Below, piece by piece: positions 36,009 through 45,060 of a DNA stretch of 51,529 nt; the first letter of the stretch is position 1, and every line of letters starts with the position of its first letter. The position numbers and the translations under genes were made by a program. Below the pieces are notes generated by a model. The model was not told the DNA's origin and did no database searches. It saw only the letters and a program-made list of their open reading frames with translations. Source of the DNA: a virus. Taxonomy: Duplodnaviria > Caudoviricetes. The stretch lies in IMG/VR virus record IMGVR_UViG_3300037755_001214, positions 1 to 51,529 of that record; one strand, 5' to 3'.

Positions 36009-36455
36009 TCACACCTCCACGTCGATCACGATGGCCCCATTGGGCGCCCGCGTCTCACCGGTCACCTGGTAGCCGGCCTCGCGCACCTGGTTGATAATTT
36101 TTTGCTGTAGAACCAGGCCGGCCAGGCCGGTCAAAAGGCCGGTAATAGCCGTCTGTAGTTCCTCCACAATGCGCGCCTCGCCTTTCCGGGCGCGGCCGCG
36201 AGTGTTGACCGTCACCCGGCCGTCCCGGACGTTGACCAGGTAGCGGCTGCCGACCGCCAGGGCGACGCCCTGGACCTGCCGGCTGCTGTGGGCGTACACC
36301 AGCTTTTGAACTTCCACCTGGCCCAGGTGGGCGAACTGCTTTTTGAGCAGGGCGATGATCGCCTGCTGCAGCGCCGCCTGCTCCACCGGGCCGATCAGTT
36401 CGGCCAGCTCCTCCCGGACCCGGCCGGTTGCGACACTCACTCCGTTACACGGCAT
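36009..36455 (-). CDS. DUF1257/Ycf35-like protein (MPCNGVSV...)
   Basis: AAAGGAG RBS; C-terminal QVREAGYQVTGETRAPNGAIVIDV resembles the DUF1257 C-terminus; context. Confidence 0.5.
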   Translation of the reverse strand: MPCNGVSVATGRVREELAELIGPVEQAALQQAIIALLKKQFAHLGQVEVQKLVYAHSSRQVQGVALAVGSRYLVNVRDGRVTVNTRGRARKGEARIVEELQTAITGLLTGLAGLVLQQKIINQVREAGYQVTGETRAPNGAIVIDVEV

Positions 36456-36498
36456 CGATTTTTCTCCTTTCCGCTGTGTCCGCCGCGCGGACACGGGA

Positions 36499-37644
36499 CT
36501 AAAACTCGAACTCTTGCTGGGTCAGCGCCGCCTTGACGTCGGCGTACATCTGGCCGGATTTGGCCTGGGTAAAGCTCTTATGGCCCAGCTCCTTCAACTT
36601 GGCCTTCGCTTCCGATTCGCCCAGCCCGAACTCCCGGTGCAGCCGGAACAGCAGGTCGTCGATGGTCTTGAAGGTGGGCGCCGCCTGGTTCTCGGCCTGC
36701 CGGCGCTCCACGTCCTCGATCCACAGCAGGCTCAATTGCTCGTCGCCGGCCTGCGGGTTCTCCCGCTGCAATTTCTCGTAAGCGTGTTTGGCGTGCCGTA
36801 AGGCATTAAATGCGCCCTCCTGCTTCATCCCCCAGTCAATGGCTGCTTCAGGAGTAGCGAATATGGCCGGCGTCGATTGGGCGATCCTGGCCTGCTCGGC
36901 CTGGGAAAGCCCGCCGTAAACCGCCTGCTCGATCTTCTCGGGCATCCCGGTCCAATGGCCCGTGTCGTCCCACAGTTTCATCCCGCTGCGGCCCTGCCTG
37001 GCCCAGACCACCTCGATCCCGCGCCGGCGACCGGAGGAAGTGCCCGTGGCGCCGTTCGGATCTTCGACGACGTGCAGCTCCAGGTTGAGCGACCGGTACA
37101 ACCTGGCCCGCTCGGTTTTGCTCAGCGTTGGCCGGGTGACCTCCTCGGCGCTGTGGTCCCGGCCCTCCTGGAGGTGGTAGATCCACAACACGTCTGTCCC
37201 CCAGCGGGTGATGGCGTCCTGCAAGAGCCGCATGGCCAGCGCCTTATCTTTGAAGGGGGCCATTAAATTCTCTTTGTCCTTCTGGGATTTGTCCTTGTTG
37301 CGTTCGCGCCGGGCGTCGGCCTCCAGCACTGCCTGGACCACCATGGGGGTGATGATCGTGGTCAGGCTGTCGACGACGATGGTCTTGACGCCGCTGCCGG
37401 GCATATTCTCGCCCAGGATGCGGTAGATCGCTTCCGGGTCGACCGCGTCTTCCGGTTTTGGGGAAAGCTGGTACACGTCGCCCTGCACCAGGCTCACCAC
37501 TTCGCTGAAACGATGATCGGCGTCGACGGGCAAAAGCGGCGATTTCATCTGCGTCGCGAACGTGCTCTTGCCGCTGCCGGGGAAACCGACCAGCACCCAC
37601 AGGCGGGGCGGAAACTCGGGTTTTTCCATTTTTTTGAAACTCAT
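36499..37644 (-). CDS. Sak4/AAA_24-like phage ATPase (recombination); alternative in-frame start at 37800
   Basis: GFPGSGKSTFA, VDAD, IVVDSLT, IYHLQE; AAGGAG RBS. Confidence 0.72.
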   Translation of the reverse strand: MSFKKMEKPEFPPRLWVLVGFPGSGKSTFATQMKSPLLPVDADHRFSEVVSLVQGDVYQLSPKPEDAVDPEAIYRILGENMPGSGVKTIVVDSLTTIITPMVVQAVLEADARRERNKDKSQKDKENLMAPFKDKALAMRLLQDAITRWGTDVLWIYHLQEGRDHSAEEVTRPTLSKTERARLYRSLNLELHVVEDPNGATGTSSGRRRGIEVVWARQGRSGMKLWDDTGHWTGMPEKIEQAVYGGLSQAEQARIAQSTPAIFATPEAAIDWGMKQEGAFNALRHAKHAYEKLQRENPQAGDEQLSLLWIEDVERRQAENQAAPTFKTIDDLLFRLHREFGLGESEAKAKLKELGHKSFTQAKSGQMYADVKAALTQQEFEF

Positions 37645-37786
37645 TTCTAACTCCTTGGCTGTGTTGGCTATGGCCCGGGCGATCAGGCGGCCGTAGTCGA
37701 GCTGCGGGTAGCGCCGCATCGCCAGGCTGATTTTATTGTACTCCGATGGGGCCAGCCGGCTCAGTTGGCCGAGCTGGCGTTGCCGG

Positions 37787-38227
37787 TTAAGGGGCAGCAT
37801 GGCCCACCTCCTGCCACACCCCACCGCGCGGGCAGTTGGCGTGGGGCGAGCCGGCCACGCCGGCGGGCGTCCGGCCGTCGTGGGGGCTGTGCTCCGTCCC
37901 GCAGCCGCTACAGATGTAGCAGGCGCGCCGGCGGCCGAAGGCGTCTATAAAGGCCCGCGCGAGCACCGGGGCCGGCAGGTCGCCGGGCCTGGCCAGTTCA
38001 ACCGGGGGGCAGTTGCCGGCCACGCGCCGGGCCTGCTCCACCTCGGGACCGCCCAGACCGGCCCGGTCCAAAACGCCGATCAACAAGATGACGCAGGTGA
38101 CCAGGGCGTCCCGGTCCTGCCTGAGCCGGACAATTTCCCGCTGCGACAGCTCGTACGCGGCCACCATCCGGGCCAGGTCGGCCTGCTGGGCCTCGTGAGC
38201 CCGGGTTACCATTTGCAGGAGGCTCAT
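37787..38227 (-). CDS. Hypothetical protein with C-terminal Cys/His cluster
   Basis: MSLLQMV... start with GGGGGAG RBS; CSGCG...H..C. Confidence 0.55.
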   Translation of the reverse strand: MSLLQMVTRAHEAQQADLARMVAAYELSQREIVRLRQDRDALVTCVILLIGVLDRAGLGGPEVEQARRVAGNCPPVELARPGDLPAPVLARAFIDAFGRRRACYICSGCGTEHSPHDGRTPAGVAGSPHANCPRGGVWQEVGHAAP

Positions 38228-38499
38228 TACTCCCCCTTCCCGGCGTACCGGCTCGCAAACTCGCCGGTCAGCAGCCAGGCCACGTCCGCCTCGTCGATCG
38301 CCAGGCTGCCGTTGTTTGCCCGGCAGCGAGCCAGCAGCGCCGTGACCGTCTTGACCGTCACCGGTCGTTTCTCGTCGGCGATGTATTCGCACAGCACCGC
38401 CAGGTCCAGGTGTTTCTCGCAGAGCGCCAGGCCTATGGCGGCCGTCTCGTCCGCCGCCGGCTGGTCGCAAAACTGGCATTCCTGCCCTGTCCTCTTCAT
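38227..38499 (-). CDS. Small Zn-finger protein (MKRTGQECQFC...LCEKH)
   Basis: CxxC...CxxH; GGAGGTG RBS. Confidence 0.6.
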   Translation of the reverse strand: MKRTGQECQFCDQPAADETAAIGLALCEKHLDLAVLCEYIADEKRPVTVKTVTALLARCRANNGSLAIDEADVAWLLTGEFASRYAGKGE

Positions 38500-38846
38500 C
38501 AGGACACCTCCACCACGCCGTAAAACCGGCCGCCGCAGTTGACCAGCACACTGCTCGTTTCCCCGGGCTGGTCGCCGGCGGTCCGGCCGTTGACCCGGCC
38601 GGCCAACTCGCCCATTGCCCGGCCCACCTGGTGGGCCTGTTCCTCGTAGCCGCTGACCACCGGGACCGCGGTCCGCAGCGTGCGGCGGTGACTGCCGGCC
38701 CGGCTCGCTCGTGTCCGCCTGGCTGGCCGCTGGTCGCTGGTCGCTGAGCGCTTCACCAGGCCCTCGGCGTAGCGCCTGAACGCCTCCGGGTCCGCGCCTT
38801 CGGGTACGTTGACAATTTCGTCGTTTGAGAGTATGATAGTTGTCAC
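38499..38846 (-). CDS. First gene of the leftward early operon, hypothetical
   Basis: AAGGAG RBS before GTG at 38846. Confidence 0.6.
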   Translation of the reverse strand: MTTIILSNDEIVNVPEGADPEAFRRYAEGLVKRSATSDQRPARRTRASRAGSHRRTLRTAVPVVSGYEEQAHQVGRAMGELAGRVNGRTAGDQPGETSSVLVNCGGRFYGVVEVS

Positions 38847-38871
38847 AGAGTTTGCTCCTTTTTTGGGGCTG

Positions 38872-38912
38872 GGCCTGGCGGCACTGGGGGTGTCGCCGGG
38901 CCTTTTTTATTT
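38872..38912 (+). terminator. Plus-strand (antisense to early operon) intrinsic terminator-like hairpin
   Basis: GGCCTGGCGGCAC/GTGTCGCCGGGCC stem followed by TTTTTTATTT. Confidence 0.55.
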
Positions 38913-38921
38913 CTCTTGGCT

Positions 38922-39019
38922 TCAGTCGGGCCGCCCCGGTCATGTGCGCTCCTGGTGAGAGCAAGTTCCCGGCCCTTCGGGGCTGGCCTCCACCCGGCGG
39001 GTGAGGTGGTATCGACTGA
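38922..39019. ncRNA. Candidate multi-stem structured RNA element
   Basis: Closing stem TCAGTCG/CGACTGA enclosing four hairpins, one with a cUUCGg loop. Confidence 0.45.
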
Positions 39020-39027
39020 TATCTAAG

Positions 39028-39116
39028 AGTATATCATACATTGTGTATACTGTCAAGTACATATCCAAGAAGAAGTGTATACTACTATTGACACACTAAA
39101 AAAAGTGTGATATTCT
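39028..39116. promoter_or_regulatory. Divergent promoters (genetic switch)
   Basis: Minus strand: TTGACA(39056-39051)-17-TATACT(39033-39028). Plus strand: TTGACA(39088)-17-TATTCT(39111), with operator-like CACACT-A6-AGTGTG palindrome. Confidence 0.85.
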
Positions 39117-39152
39117 TATGATCAAACTTGAGTTTTCAGAAAGGAGTAGTTA

Positions 39153-39374
39153 ATGCTGGCAGTGGCAGAGCGAAAGAATCGAATTCCTGTTTTGTTGAAG
39201 CGCCAGGGGCTGACTTCATACGCCCTGGCCCGCAAGATTGGGATGGTTCCCCACAATGTCAAAAGTATTGTGGATGCTCCCACCATCCCCGGTGGCACCA
39301 ACTACGAGACGCTGCGCAAAATCGCGGACGTCTTGGGCGTCACTATCGACGAACTCGAACAAAGGGAGCAATAA
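39153..39374 (+). CDS. Cro/CI-like XRE HTH regulator
   Basis: LLKRQGLTSYALARKIG...ETLRKIADVLGVTIDEL; AAGGAG RBS. Confidence 0.9.
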   Translation: MLAVAERKNRIPVLLKRQGLTSYALARKIGMVPHNVKSIVDAPTIPGGTNYETLRKIADVLGVTIDELEQREQ

Positions 39375-39414
39375 AAAAAGACACCCCCACCGTTTTGTGG
39401 TGAAGGTGTCTTTT
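39373..39414 (+). terminator. Terminator after the HTH gene (possibly bidirectional)
   Basis: AAAAGACACC...GGTGTCTTTT hairpin with A and T runs on either side. Confidence 0.6.
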
Positions 39415-39569
39415 CTCTTTCGTTCGCGCCAACTGTCGCTGACACTCACGAACCCGCCCGCACCTCTCCCGAACTCGCCAAAGTCAACAGAGAGGGAGGG
39501 CTCAACCACACCACCTGTACCTGCGGTACTAGGCAGGTGTCCGAAGATGGAGGGATCGCGTATTGAATT

Positions 39570-39794
39570 ATGAAAACCAAACCCCTGTTTCTTGCCGCCG
39601 CCGTCTATTTCCTGATCAAGCTGTTCTTTCGCTGGCTTGAGACCAACGAGGAGGCCCATCTGTGGCGGATTATCGCGTCTCTGTTCTACCTGGTGGACCG
39701 GAAACTACCGCCTGTCGAACGGCGGCTTCGCCTGTACATCGAGGACCTCGACCACCCTATTGCTCGTAATCCAGGGCCTCCTGGCGCAGGATGA
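39570..39794 (+). CDS. Small hypothetical membrane protein
   Basis: Hydrophobic N-terminus, GGAGG upstream. Confidence 0.4.
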   Translation: MKTKPLFLAAAVYFLIKLFFRWLETNEEAHLWRIIASLFYLVDRKLPPVERRLRLYIEDLDHPIARNPGPPGAG

Positions 39795-40036
39795 AGGTTG
39801 TCACAGAGCCGCTCTTCGGTCTCTCGCCAGTTGTGATGTATCCGGACTCTCGCCACAAGGTGACGTACTCTCGCGGGATCGTCGTCACGGTTTCTCTAAA
39901 TTGGTTCCAGGGGTAAATCCGGTTTTCATCGCCGCCGGTCTCCAGGACAAAGACCAGTTCCTGGCCGGCCTGGCGCTGGTAAGCAACAACTTTTAGCAGG
40001 GCTTCGCCCTGAGCTGCGGTTAATTTTGCCGCCATA
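39757..40036 (-). CDS. Hypothetical protein (MAAKLTAAQG...)
   Basis: GGAG RBS before ATG at 40036. Confidence 0.5.
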
Positions 40037-40119
40037 GTCAAACTCCGAGGTCTAGATGCTACGAAAATTACTTCCAATGTCACACCGGCCCGGTTAAGGG
40101 CAGGAGGGATTACAGATTT

Positions 40120-40500
40120 ATGTCTTCAAATAATGGCAAGTCGTACGACATCGAACTAATTACCATCGGCCTGTCTTTCTGGGTGCGCCTCGCCAACGGG
40201 GACACCCTCTCTATTGACACCACCCATGTCGGGATGAAAGACCCCTTTGATGTCAAGGCTTACGGCCAAACGCTCCAACTGGCCCCGGAGCGGCTCGACG
40301 TGTTTCTTTCCGCCCTGCGCCAGTGCGGCGGCGATTATACCAGGCTGGTCGCTCTCTACCCGGGTGACTTTAGGGTTTGTGTCGGCGCAGTTGATCCAGC
40401 GACCGGTCTCTGCCAGGAAGACTTCAAGGTTTATGTCAGTGCAGATGATCCGGCGACCGGGGAGCGCACTCTCCTTGCAGCGCCGTCAGGGCCAGGCTGA
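40120..40500 (+). CDS. Hypothetical protein
   Basis: AGGAGG RBS. Confidence 0.55.
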   Translation: MSSNNGKSYDIELITIGLSFWVRLANGDTLSIDTTHVGMKDPFDVKAYGQTLQLAPERLDVFLSALRQCGGDYTRLVALYPGDFRVCVGAVDPATGLCQEDFKVYVSADDPATGERTLLAAPSGPG

Positions 40501-40740
40501 CCCGGTGGAACATGATAGTTCCCGCCAGTTTACCCCCACGTTCGCCGGCCAGCCGCTCAACGGGTGAGCGGCTGGCCGGTGGCTGTGAAGGTCGCCGGTT
40601 GACCTGCCTGCGCTGGCGCCCGTGCGCCAGCGCAGGTGAGTGCAGGCCAGGCAAGTGTATGTCTCGATTCGTGTACTCAAATGGGTACACGAATCGAGAC
40701 GCCGCTCTTTACCAACCGAACAAGAATCGGCAGGTGTTTT

Positions 40741-40778
40741 TGTACCTCCGGAGGGATTCGAACCCCCAACCCTCAGTT
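40741..40778 (-). other. attP core: 3' portion of a tRNA gene
   Basis: Minus strand ...CTGAGGGTTGGGGGTTCGAATCCCTCCGGAGGTACA = variable loop, T-arm (GTTCGAATC) and acceptor strand; no D-arm or anticodon; immediately downstream of the integrase. Confidence 0.82.
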
Positions 40779-40824
40779 GGCCGGTCAAGCGACTATCTTG
40801 ATTCGGGAACAGTACGTTCCCGAA

Positions 40825-41868
40825 TCAATCCCTCGGGACCGGGACAGTGTCCTGGTTGTTGATCTTGCTGATTTTTTCGAGGAAAGACACCGGGCTGTAC
40901 TGGTTGTACTGCCGCTCCAGTTCCGCGTTGCGGGTGTAGATCTCGACTTCTTTGATGTTGGCCCAGCCGCCGTACGCCTGGATTTTGCGGCTGCTGGCCC
41001 CGGCCTCGTCGAGCAGGCAGGCGAACGTTCGCCGCAGCGCGTGCGGCGAAAAATGGGCGACGGAGGCCTGCCTGGCCAGGCGGCGGACGATCACTCGCAG
41101 GCCGTCGCGGGTTAGCCCGGTGCCAGGCCTGGTCCCGCCCACGCTGACGAACAGCTCCTCCACGCCGGGCCGGGCCTGGCGCACGGCCAGCCAGTCGCGG
41201 ATCCGCTGGGCCGTCAGCGGGCCAAACAGCGCCCGCTGCTCCTTCCCGCCCTTGCGCCGGACCGTCGCCCGGTTCACCAGGATTTTCTCCCCGGTCAGCG
41301 GGTCGAAGCGGGTCACGTCGAACTCCAGGCCATCGATCCGCAGCCGGCAGGCCTCCGTCGCCCGCAGCCCCCCGTCGAGCATCAGCGAAATCAGCGCCCG
41401 GTCGCGTTGGCCGCGCCGGGTTCCGTCGCAGGCATCGATCACCCGCAGGGCCTCCTCCAGGTCGAGGGTCCGCTGTTCCCGGTTCCCCACTTTCGGCGTC
41501 TTGAGCACGTCGTCCAGGATTTCCGTAATGAACGGCGGCTTGACGCTGTTGCACCATTTCAAGTACGACTTGACCGCCGCGATAGCCTGTTTCATCGTGT
41601 TTGGCGCCCAGGTATCCGGCAGGCTGGCCCCCCAATCCAGCAGCAACTCCCGCGTGATCTCCGCCGGCCGGGTCACCTGGTAGGCGGCCAGAAAACTGGC
41701 CAGGCGGCGCAGGTGATGGCCGTACTTCTCCTGGGTCGCCGGCGAGTAATTCTGCTGCTTGAGCGCCTTGATAAACATCGCCATCGTGATCTCTATTTCC
41801 GTCCGCGGGGTGGGAACGGCCTGTTTGGCCGCTGACTTCACCAATCGTAAGACTGAAGCCTGTGACAT
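40825..41868 (-). CDS. int: Phage integrase (tyrosine recombinase)
   Basis: SAM-like N-terminus, RDRALISLMLDGGLRATE, RKGGK, SPHALRRTFA, GGW, IYT; GGAGG RBS; next to attP. Confidence 0.93.
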   Translation of the reverse strand: MSQASVLRLVKSAAKQAVPTPRTEIEITMAMFIKALKQQNYSPATQEKYGHHLRRLASFLAAYQVTRPAEITRELLLDWGASLPDTWAPNTMKQAIAAVKSYLKWCNSVKPPFITEILDDVLKTPKVGNREQRTLDLEEALRVIDACDGTRRGQRDRALISLMLDGGLRATEACRLRIDGLEFDVTRFDPLTGEKILVNRATVRRKGGKEQRALFGPLTAQRIRDWLAVRQARPGVEELFVSVGGTRPGTGLTRDGLRVIVRRLARQASVAHFSPHALRRTFACLLDEAGASSRKIQAYGGWANIKEVEIYTRNAELERQYNQYSPVSFLEKISKINNQDTVPVPRD

Positions 41869-42137
41869 AGTACCTCCGATTCTTGTTCTGATTTAAATTG
41901 ATGACCACCTGGTCGAAAAAAGGAAAGCGACCAGGCAAACTACCTAGTCGCTTACCCGGCATGATAGGGGTGCGAAAAACCGGGGGATGCACGGATATAG
42001 GTTGGCCGCCTTGCCCGTGCTCCCCTCATTATACCACAGCCTATGAAAATTCTAGGATATAACCCATTCCTGGCCGTCCGGCCGGGAGCATTGACAGATG
42101 GGCCGTTCTTCCGGTCCATCGACCTTAACTTTTGCTT

Positions 42138-43013
42138 ATGAACCTGACCTATGTTGTTTTGCTTCACTGGAAGACATTGACGTCTAAGGCCCTGGCCGCC
42201 TACGCCGTGCTGGAGACGATGTCTCCTGACGGCCGTCAGTGTGACGCCGACCAGGGCGATATCGCCGAACTGGCCGGGATGAGCGACCGGCATTTGCGCA
42301 GGGCCATCAAAGAACTGGAGGCAATCGGCCTGGTGGAGGTTGCGCCCTTGCACGACCGGAAGGGATACAAAGCCAGGAACCGGTACATCCTTCACCCACC
42401 GGACAACATGGAGTCCTTTAGGTTAGGCATCGCCGTGAGCCTACCGGACAACATGGAGTCCTCTAGGCGGGGGGTGAATCAGAGCCTACCGGACAACATG
42501 GAGTCCTCTAGGCTCGACAGCCTACCGGACAACATGGAGTCCTCTAGGCGGGGGGTGAATCAGAGCCTACCGGACAACATGGAGTCCTCTAGGCGGCCTG
42601 AAAATGGCCCAAAAACCGGCCTACCGGACAACATGGAGTCCGAACTGCATGCATGTTTAAATCATGTAACAGACATGCATAACAGCGAGAAACAGCAAAC
42701 ACCGGTAAACCCGAAAAACCAGGTTTTAGAACTGCTCGATTTTCTGGGTGAACCTTTCCGCTCCCAGCGCGCCCGGCAGCGGCACTGCACGCTCGATTAC
42801 GCCGCCGCCTGGCGGGCCTGGTGGGATCGGCGAGATTTCCCGGAGTGGATGCGGGAGCCGGCGAGGTGGGCCAGCAAACAGATGAAGGACAAAACCTGGC
42901 CGCCAGCGCAGATCTCGCTACCCGGCGACAGCTTCGCCCCGGAGGAGTCACCGGAGGGCCTGGAGCCGCCGGTCGAAGGGGCCAGGAGATTAAGCAGCGG
43001 ATTTTGGACATAG
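42138..43013 (+). CDS. Replication initiator (N-terminal wHTH, lambda O-like layout)
   Basis: DQGDIAELAGMSDRHLRRAIKELEAIGLV...NRYIL HTH; internal iterons. Confidence 0.8.
   Translation: MNLTYVVLLHWKTLTSKALAAYAVLETMSPDGRQCDADQGDIAELAGMSDRHLRRAIKELEAIGLVEVAPLHDRKGYKARNRYILHPPDNMESFRLGIAVSLPDNMESSRRGVNQSLPDNMESSRLDSLPDNMESSRRGVNQSLPDNMESSRRPENGPKTGLPDNMESELHACLNHVTDMHNSEKQQTPVNPKNQVLELLDFLGEPFRSQRARQRHCTLDYAAAWRAWWDRRDFPEWMREPARWASKQMKDKTWPPAQISLPGDSFAPEESPEGLEPPVEGARRLSSGFWT
42398..42683 (+). repeat. Replication origin: six ACCGGACAACATGGAGTCC iterons plus AT-rich flank
   Basis: Copies at 42398, 42443, 42488, 42524, 42569 and 42623, followed by ATGCATGTTTAAATCATG. Confidence 0.8.
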
Positions 43014-43021
43014 GAGGATCG

Positions 43022-43258
43022 ATGAACTACCGACAAGCAATGTTACTCCCCGGCGCCGTTCACCACCGATCGCTGGAAGAGTTTTTTGATTACCTGGCCA
43101 AAAACGGCCTGACCTGTGACCTGGGCCAGGCCAAACCGATCCAGGATCCGAAACACCCGGGCCGTTTGCGGGCCCGGGTCTACCTGCGGCCGGCAGCAGA
43201 TGACGGTGATAAATTCCGTACAGGGAACTTATCACCCCAACAAAAACAAATCCGCTAA
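43022..43258 (+). CDS. Hypothetical protein (MNYRQAML...)
   Basis: AGGAGG RBS before ATG at 43022. Confidence 0.55.
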   Translation: MNYRQAMLLPGAVHHRSLEEFFDYLAKNGLTCDLGQAKPIQDPKHPGRLRARVYLRPAADDGDKFRTGNLSPQQKQIR

Positions 43259-43335
43259 AAATGGACGGCCGGGCGCACGTGCGGTGACACGCGGCCCGGC
43301 CTGACCAACAGCCAACCTACACAGGAGGTTGACCT

Positions 43336-44112
43336 ATGGCTGAAGCATATTCTACCGAAATTAGCTCAAATGAGCTAAATACCCCGTCCGATTTTCCCCC
43401 GGAGGGGGACCTGCTGGGCGGGCAAATCTACCTCGCCCGGGAAGGCGCCGAACCTATCGCCGCCTTTCTCTCCGCCGGCTCAAGTGGCGGCCACGTCTGG
43501 CTGCAAGTCACTGCCGGCGACGCGGTGAGTGCGGGCCGCGACCTGCTGGGCGGGGTGACGCTGACCCTCACCCGCAGCCAGTTCGTGGCCCTGGTCCGCT
43601 CGCTCCTCGGCCGCCAGCCGTCCGGCGCCCCCCGAGGCGTCATACACGCCCCGGTCACCGAACCCGAGCCCGACTACAAGCGATTCAACCTGGTTGGCCC
43701 GGAATGGCTCAACGGCGACCCGGCCCACGACTGGCCCCTGTTCAAGGCCCGCTTTGGCGGGCTGAAAGACAAAAACGGGGTCCACGTCGGCCAGCAGATC
43801 CTCAACGTCGTGCGCGAGTATTACAAAGCCCAGCACCAGGTGAACGTCGACAGGCTGCCCCCGGCCGATCCGGACGTAGACGAATTGAGGCTGCCCGAAG
43901 TTCAACTGCCGCCCACCCAGCTGGAGCGGGACGTGGCCCTGCTCCTGTCACGCCTGGATGAGATCCTCAATCCCGACGGCCGCACCATCAACCAGAGCGC
44001 GGCGGCTCGTGTCCTGGGGATCAAAAACGCCGGCAACTATCGCCCCGACCGGCTCCTGCCGGCCGTTGAAGCCATAGAAAAACAGATCACGCACAAAGAG
44101 GAGGCAGCATGA
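43336..44112 (+). CDS. Hypothetical protein with C-terminal HTH-like segment
   Basis: AGGAGG RBS; [11 protein letters not shown]. Confidence 0.65.
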   Translation: MAEAYSTEISSNELNTPSDFPPEGDLLGGQIYLAREGAEPIAAFLSAGSSGGHVWLQVTAGDAVSAGRDLLGGVTLTLTRSQFVALVRSLLGRQPSGAPRGVIHAPVTEPEPDYKRFNLVGPEWLNGDPAHDWPLFKARFGGLKDKNGVHVGQQILNVVREYYKAQHQVNVDRLPPADPDVDELRLPEVQLPPTQLERDVALLLSRLDEILNPDGRTINQSAAARVLGIKNAGNYRPDRLLPAVEAIEKQITHKEEAA

Positions 44113-44927
44113 ACCGCAGTCGCGAAACGCACGTTAACGGCCGGCTCGACCCAGGTGAAGTAGCTCTCAACAACACGCTCAGGGACCTGCGCAAACGGTT
44201 CCCGGAGCTCACCCTTGGCCCGCCTGAACTGATGCCGGCAGAGGTCATCTCGACCGGCTTTCCGAGCCTGAATGAGGCGCTGGGTCTCGGGGGACTGCCC
44301 CGAGGCCGGATCGTCAATATCTACGGCCCCGACAGCTCCGGCAAAACCACCCTTTGCCTGCACGTTATCGCTGAAGCCCAAAAAGCCGGCGGGCAAGCGG
44401 TCTTCATCGATGCCGAGCATAAGCTGGATTTATCCTGGGCCAGAAAACGCGGCGTGGACCTGGCCCGGCTGGTGCTGACCGAGCCTGACACAGGGGAGCA
44501 TGCGCTGGAAATCGCCGACGGCCTGATCCACTCCGGGGCGTTCAGTGTGGTCGTGATCGACTCGACGGCCGCTCTGTTACCGGCGGCTGAAGCCGAAGGT
44601 GAGATGGGCGCCCGGCACAACCATCACGGCTGGCTGATGAGCCAGGCCCTGCGAAAACTGGCCGGCATCACCCGGCGGACCAACACGCTGCTCATTTTTA
44701 CCAGCCAGCTCCGGCATGCGGTCGGCGTGATGTTCGGCAGCCAGGAAGCGATCACCGGCGGGAACGCGCTGCGCTACTATGCCTCCGTCGCCATCGACCT
44801 GCGCCGCCAGCAGGCCATCAAGCGCGGTGGGCAGGTCGTCGGCAGCCGGGTCAGAGCCGTGGTAAAAAAGAACCAGGTGGCCGCGCCGTTCCGCTCGGCC
44901 GAGTTCGATATCCTGTTTGACGAATAA
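44109..44927 (+). CDS. recA: RecA homologue lacking the C-terminal domain
   Basis: [70 protein letters not shown]. Confidence 0.92.
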   Translation: MNRSRETHVNGRLDPGEVALNNTLRDLRKRFPELTLGPPELMPAEVISTGFPSLNEALGLGGLPRGRIVNIYGPDSSGKTTLCLHVIAEAQKAGGQAVFIDAEHKLDLSWARKRGVDLARLVLTEPDTGEHALEIADGLIHSGAFSVVVIDSTAALLPAAEAEGEMGARHNHHGWLMSQALRKLAGITRRTNTLLIFTSQLRHAVGVMFGSQEAITGGNALRYYASVAIDLRRQQAIKRGGQVVGSRVRAVVKKNQVAAPFRSAEFDILFDE

Positions 44928-45060
44928 AATTTGACGAATAAAACCGCTCTAACGAGCTCTACTAACCGGCGCCGGCAGCCGAGCGGGTGAAAAACGAGGT
45001 GAAGCCGGGGCTCTAACTCGTTAGTAGAGATTGTTAGAGGCAAGCTTTAGAGGGAGAGGA

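Noticed and set aside
38905-39020. Self-cleaving ribozyme (hammerhead) in the switch element
   Set aside because: The CUGANGA/GAAA core is not properly present on either strand
40741-40800. Intact tRNA gene
   Set aside because: Only the T-arm and 3' acceptor strand are present; the isotype cannot be assigned with confidence
42091-42102. TTGACAGATGGG identical to the mazEF -35 region (2247-2258)
   Set aside because: A single 12-bp match with no convincing -10 at the right spacing; may be chance
42398-42641. CRISPR-like repeat-spacer array
   Set aside because: Repeats are 19-22 bp, in frame within the initiator gene, spacers are themselves repeated, and there are no cas genes; fits origin iterons
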